Shown piece by piece: positions 62,701-64,000 of a DNA stretch of 64,000 nucleotides. Location: positions 3,044,833-3,108,832 of the forward strand of contig CAJINV010000005.1 in assembly GCA_905178155.1 (NCBI GenBank). Reading direction: 5' to 3'. Each line of letters starts with the position of its first letter. Positions within the stretch are counted from its first letter, which is position 1. Under the pieces are notes generated by a model that was given only the letters and a program-made list of their open reading frames with translations, made no database searches and had not been told where the DNA came from. Origin of the DNA: Amoebophrya sp. A120. Its lineage: Eukaryota; Protista; Dinoflagellata. A program made the translations under genes and the position numbers.

Positions 62701-64000
62701 AACTGGAAGTAGTGGTGACAAAAATGATACTTCTGCCTCGCTGCAACCAGATCCCGTCACTCTGATCCAGCAATTCCCGGCGACGGCTTCCGCGGCGTAC
62801 CGCATGCGTCGCTCGAGACCGCTGGCCACCTTTGCCGGCTGGCCCGCGGAGTCGGCGTATTACTTGGACGACAAAAAACATGGCGGACCGGTTTGCGTGG
62901 GCATCCTTACCGGGTACGCTTTTTACAAGTATCCGAACAACATGGAGGTCGAGATCGGTGTAAGTCAGCCGGACCGGCTCAATTTCGCGCTGGACCAGTT
63001 CCACGTCGACTATGACGCCGATCAGCAAGACTTGTGGAAGAACGCCAGCCTCGGCATTCCCGAAGCGATCGTCCGTGTGGCCGAACTCGAGGCGAAGGAG
63101 CAGGGCGTGGCGGTGCAGGAGGTTCTGCAGGGAATCGATGGACTGACTTCAAATGAAACCAACACTACGAACGAGACGAATGAAACGGGATCAACTTCTC
63201 TGTTCAACGGAACAACTGACGCAGCCGCGACTTTGTTCCCGCTTCCCACGCTCGCGTTTTCGACCTACACCCAGCTGTGGAGCGCTTTTTTCGACATGTT
63301 CTACCGAAAAAACGCGACGGGGAACTTGACAGTGGACGGGAAAATTGTGGTCGCGAATAAAAGCACCGGCAACGTGGCCATCACGGATTGGAATTACACT
63401 TGGAACGAGTCATCTAGCACTCGTCGTACTGGCGATGGTTATTCCTACAACTCAAATACAGCACCAGGAATGACGAAGGGTAACAACTCTGCTCTGAACA
63501 CGACGTCCGGTGTGCCTGTCAACCAATTTTCCCCGAATTTCGGCTACAACCCCTTCGAGCAGCAATTACTCCTGCTCCAAAAAGCGCAGCGCGCCGCGTC
63601 GCAGGTTCTCTCGACGTCGCATGAGGATCAGCAGGAACATTCAAAGGTGTATTCGGATAATTCCCTTTCGAGGACGTCAACGTCAACCACGGCGGGAAGA
63701 AAAGCAAAAGACCAGAACGTCAGAGAAAACAGAAAATTGCAAAAGAAAAAAGAAAATGGAAATCTGCACCCAGTTATCGGCGCTTTGACCTCCGCACAGC
63801 AGGCGCTGGATAAACTGACGCGGCAAAGGGAGGACACCATCAAGCACAGGCGGGCACTAGACGCTGGCGACGACTATGGTGAAGACGGGAAGAAGAGTTC
63901 CGCGGCGGAAAATCGTGGCAGCGGCAGCACGGAAATAGAAAAATGGCTGAAGGACGGTGAAGACCTCGACCAAGAGAAAAAATCCGTCGTACCCACGATC
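11798..64000 (+). CDS. Gene 2 (3'-partial, ~51 exons): giant (>=13,097 aa) repeat-rich, probably secreted/surface protein or polyprotein; function unknown
   Basis: Removing 46 TIR elements plus one TSD each (12,367 nt) and 4 GT-AG introns (545 nt) from 11798-64000 leaves 39,291 nt = 13,097 codons in one frame. The last exon (59339-64000) runs off the window, so it is absent from the ORF track. N-terminal hydrophobic stretch LLQLAAFLTTTSLAYA. The start codon is uncertain. Confidence 0.82.
12094..12455. mobile_element. Introner/MITE #11, divergent family C-like
   Basis: Short TIR TATCCTGAGTAAAAAC...GTTTTTGCTCAGGATA; atypical 11-bp flanking repeat GTATCCTCCTC/CTATCCTCCTC; junction TVSSS|ASGT. 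Confidence 0.8.
15706..16081. mobile_element. Introner/MITE #12, family C (reverse orientation, with nested insert)
   Basis: TACCCTGAGGAAAAACG...CGTTTTTACTCAGGATA; TSD CAAAC; junction KFK|QPQP. Confidence 0.93.
16319..16470. mobile_element. Introner/MITE #13, family D
   Basis: Long fold-back TIR; TSD TCCTT; junction WQSF|DYYE. Confidence 0.95.
16900..17167. mobile_element. Introner/MITE #14, family A
   Basis: Family A TIRs; TSD GTGCC; junction QPGA|IRSL. Confidence 0.95.
17439..17759. mobile_element. Introner/MITE #15, family B
   Basis: Family B TIRs; TSD TCCGC; junction KRSA|WQLL. Confidence 0.95.
18003..18282. mobile_element. Introner/MITE #16, family C
   Basis: Family C TIRs; TSD TAGGC/TCGGC; junction FFLG|QKMF. 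Confidence 0.92.
19278..19539. mobile_element. Introner/MITE #17, family A
   Basis: Family A TIRs; TSD CCTTC; junction VDTF|PKIA. Confidence 0.95.
20933..21194. mobile_element. Introner/MITE #18, family A
   Basis: Family A TIRs; TSD CAGTT; junction PEQF|YLQQ. Confidence 0.95.
21253..21461. mobile_element. Introner/MITE #19, family E
   Basis: TIR TATCACACAAGAAAACTGTTTCACTGTGA...TCACAGTGAAGCAGTTTTTTCTTGCGATA; TSD GATTC/GATCC; junction CEQI|LASW. Confidence 0.93.
21517..21827. mobile_element. Introner/MITE #20, family F
   Basis: TIR TATGGAAGCGTCAGGTTTGAAATCGACAAAGTTGAAA...TTTCAACTTTGACGATTTCGATCCTGCCACTCCCATA; TSD CCTTT; junction SGSF|QAHN. Confidence 0.93.
22871..23150. mobile_element. Introner/MITE #21, family C
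   Basis: Family C TIRs; TSD AGAAA/AGAAG; junction AAKK|PQPV. Confidence 0.92.
23222..23474. mobile_element. Introner/MITE #22, family A
   Basis: Family A TIRs; TSD TCACC; junction VDVT|ADGK. Confidence 0.95.
23698..23948. mobile_element. Introner/MITE #23, family A
   Basis: Family A TIRs; TSD TGGCA; junction TTWH|TYML. Confidence 0.95.
24072..24329. mobile_element. Introner/MITE #24, family A
   Basis: Family A TIRs; TSD CGGAC; junction VDTD|FPPC. Confidence 0.95.
24866..25117. mobile_element. Introner/MITE #25, family A
   Basis: Family A TIRs; TSD ATTTG; junction DIDL|SDIY. Confidence 0.95.
25900..26150. mobile_element. Introner/MITE #26, family A
   Basis: Family A TIRs; TSD TGACC; junction QVMT|MNFA. 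Confidence 0.95.
26993..27253. mobile_element. Introner/MITE #27, family A
   Basis: Family A TIRs; TSD GGATC; junction STRI|DGDL. Confidence 0.95.
27314..27575. mobile_element. Introner/MITE #28, family A
   Basis: Family A TIRs; TSD CGCGA; junction NLTA|KRCR. Confidence 0.95.
29217..29467. mobile_element. Introner/MITE #29, family A
   Basis: Family A TIRs (right end CATG); TSD CAACA; junction LRQH|GAAG. Confidence 0.95.
30832..31268. mobile_element. Introner/MITE #30, family C (with nested insert)
   Basis: TATGCTGTGTAAAAAC...GTTTTTACACAGGATA; TSD ACGGT; junction NSTV|VMTL. Confidence 0.93.
31599..31748. mobile_element. Introner/MITE #31, family G
   Basis: TIR TATCAAATGCAAAAGCATCGCACT...AGTACGATACTTTTGCAATGCATA; TSD CGATT; junction VEAI|YLEA. 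Confidence 0.92.
32322..32531. mobile_element. Introner/MITE #32, family H
   Basis: TIR TATCGCAAGAAAAAAACTATGTGAGTGTAAGT...ACTTACACTTACACAGTTCTTTTCCTGGATA; TSD CGATA; junction DLPD|TYTW. Confidence 0.92.
34213..34425. mobile_element. Introner/MITE #33, family H (opposite orientation to #32)
   Basis: Family H TIRs; TSD CGAAT; junction VTAN|PPGQ. Confidence 0.92.
35183..35440. mobile_element. Introner/MITE #34, family J (single copy here)
   Basis: TIR TATAACCCGCTCAGGTGTTACAATCTCAA...TTGAGATTGTAACACCTGAGCAGGTTATA; TSD CACGC; junction SMHA|NLED. Confidence 0.93.
35495..35757. mobile_element. Introner/MITE #35, family A
   Basis: Family A TIRs; TSD CGGAG; junction SEAE|AVVE. Confidence 0.95.
36790..37077. 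mobile_element. Introner/MITE #36, family C
   Basis: Family C TIRs; TSD TGCGG/CGCGG; junction NCGA|DLAQ. Confidence 0.92.
37438..37699. mobile_element. Introner/MITE #37, family A
   Basis: Family A TIRs; TSD AACGA; junction LKNE|RIDM. Confidence 0.95.
38019..38224. mobile_element. Introner/MITE #38, family E
   Basis: Family E TIRs; TSD CTACA; junction RSLY|ILGF. Confidence 0.94.
39418..39670. mobile_element. Introner/MITE #39, family A
   Basis: Family A TIRs; degenerate 6-bp flank TCGAGC/CCGCGC; frame is restored by a 3n-compatible cut, e.g. removing 6 flank nt (VIE|LALV). Confidence 0.9.
41075..41386. mobile_element. Introner/MITE #40, family B
   Basis: Family B TIRs (right end GATG); TSD CCGAG; junction DLGR|ALRD. 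Confidence 0.95.
42091..42305. mobile_element. Introner/MITE #41, family E
   Basis: Family E TIRs; TSD TTCCA; junction FLSS|NSDY. Confidence 0.94.
42563..42824. mobile_element. Introner/MITE #42, family A
   Basis: Family A TIRs; TSD AGTGC/AGTGT; junction PEV(R/W)DPY. Confidence 0.93.
42900..43151. mobile_element. Introner/MITE #43, family A
   Basis: Family A TIRs; TSD TTAGT/TCAGT; junction KA(L/S)V|EAVR. Confidence 0.93.
44696..44948. mobile_element. Introner/MITE #44, family A
   Basis: Family A TIRs; TSD ATGGC/ATGGT; junction QM(A/V)TIK. Confidence 0.93.
46811..47124. mobile_element. Introner/MITE #45, family F
   Basis: Family F TIRs; TSD CTGGA; junction NTLE|DVCL. Confidence 0.94.
47957..48105. 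mobile_element. Introner/MITE #46, family G
   Basis: TIR TATCCTGTGCAAAAGTATCGTACTCGTAT...ATACGAGTACGATACTTTTGCACTTCATA; TSD CCGGA; junction CEYR|IELT. Confidence 0.94.
48415..48661. mobile_element. Introner/MITE #47, family A (reverse-complement relative of #3/#39)
   Basis: Family A TIRs; TSD TCCTG; junction AFSC|QTVQ. Confidence 0.95.
49310..49463. mobile_element. Introner/MITE #48, family G
   Basis: Family G TIRs; TSD CCGGC; junction SVAG|KGSA. Confidence 0.94.
50940..51191. mobile_element. Introner/MITE #49, family A
   Basis: Family A TIRs; TSD AGCGC; junction LVQA|RNLY. Confidence 0.95.
51221..51541. mobile_element. Introner/MITE #50, family B
   Basis: Family B TIRs; TSD GCCGG; junction NVRP|DQVN. 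Confidence 0.95.
52071..52415 (+). repeat. Two coding ACN (poly-Thr) tracts, 52071-52112 and 52368-52415
   Basis: (ACC/ACG/ACA)n in the gene 2 frame; mucin-like linker. Confidence 0.8.
52146..52319 (+). other. Probable canonical GT-AG intron
   Basis: AGA|GTTTTG...TGCTAG|AAG removes the in-frame TGA at 52272; junction FLGR|KVTQ. Confidence 0.55.
52524..52668 (+). other. Canonical GT-AG intron
   Basis: GCG|GTATTG...CCTCAG|ACC; junction TIKA|TCDE in frame. Confidence 0.8.
52903..53164. mobile_element. Introner/MITE #51, family A
   Basis: Family A TIRs (left end CATC); TSD ACTTC; junction MQDF|TGKT. Confidence 0.94.
53822..53963 (+). other. Canonical GT-AG intron
   Basis: AACG|GTATTT...AAGCAG|ACTCG; junction AAN(D)SFI in frame. 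Confidence 0.7.
53831..53886. repeat. 24-bp near-tandem duplication inside a canonical intron
   Basis: TATGCTGAAAACAAATAGGATCAT at 53831 and 53863. Confidence 0.85.
54219..54505. mobile_element. Introner/MITE #52, family C (degenerate)
   Basis: TATCATTTGTAAAAAC...GTTTTTACTCAGAATA; TSD GGCGA/ACCGA; junction QQRA|NQML. Confidence 0.88.
54572..54878. mobile_element. Introner/MITE #53, family F
   Basis: Family F TIRs; TSD CGGTG; junction QFRC|TQCA. Confidence 0.94.
55117..55200 (+). other. Canonical GT-AG intron
   Basis: GCAG|GTAACA...TGGCAG|AAACG; junction RKA(E)TRG in frame. Confidence 0.7.
57283..57591. mobile_element. Introner/MITE #54, family B
   Basis: Family B TIRs; TSD CGTCA/CGCCA; junction AL(V/A)|TVGK. 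Confidence 0.93.
58613..58933. mobile_element. Introner/MITE #55, family B
   Basis: Family B TIRs; TSD GGCCG/GACCG; junction FWDRP|GEAF matches the uninterrupted paralogous motif FWDRPSFIY near 55715. Confidence 0.95.
59088..59338. mobile_element. Introner/MITE #56, family A (reverse-complement relative of #8/#24/#29)
   Basis: Family A TIRs; TSD ATGCG; junction ITMR|AKVK. Confidence 0.95.

Noticed and set aside
376-63843. Minus-strand and alternate-frame ORFs (e.g. 1393-2256, 14160-14942, 46019-46876)
   Set aside because: These are shadows of the GC-rich plus-strand CDS or of elements, with no recognisable domains.

Overview
This is eukaryotic protist genomic DNA, most likely from a parasitic syndinian dinoflagellate such as Amoebophrya (inferred from intron architecture, not proven). 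Two same-strand (+) genes fill the window: the 3' part of gene 1 (<1-10498) and the first ~52 kb of a giant gene 2 (~11798->64000; >=13,097 codons once interruptions are removed). The ORF track looks shattered because the coding sequence is interrupted by 56 MITE-like elements of 149-437 bp, in 10 families by terminal inverted repeat (TIR). Termini are usually TAT...ATA, and each element is flanked by a direct repeat (target-site duplication, TSD), nearly always 5 bp. At all 55 junctions with both flanks visible, removing the element plus one TSD copy restores the reading frame (for two atypical junctions, #11 and #39, the removed length was chosen partly by frame). No precise excision gives GT-AG ends, and copies occur in both orientations. 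They therefore behave as non-canonical, transposon-derived introns (inverted-repeat introners) that coexist with about 10 ordinary GT-AG introns. All families carry a shared internal motif, TGTNATGC/GCATNACA. The encoded proteins are repeat-built, probably secreted or surface proteins of unknown function. No transposase, RNA gene or CRISPR array was recognised.
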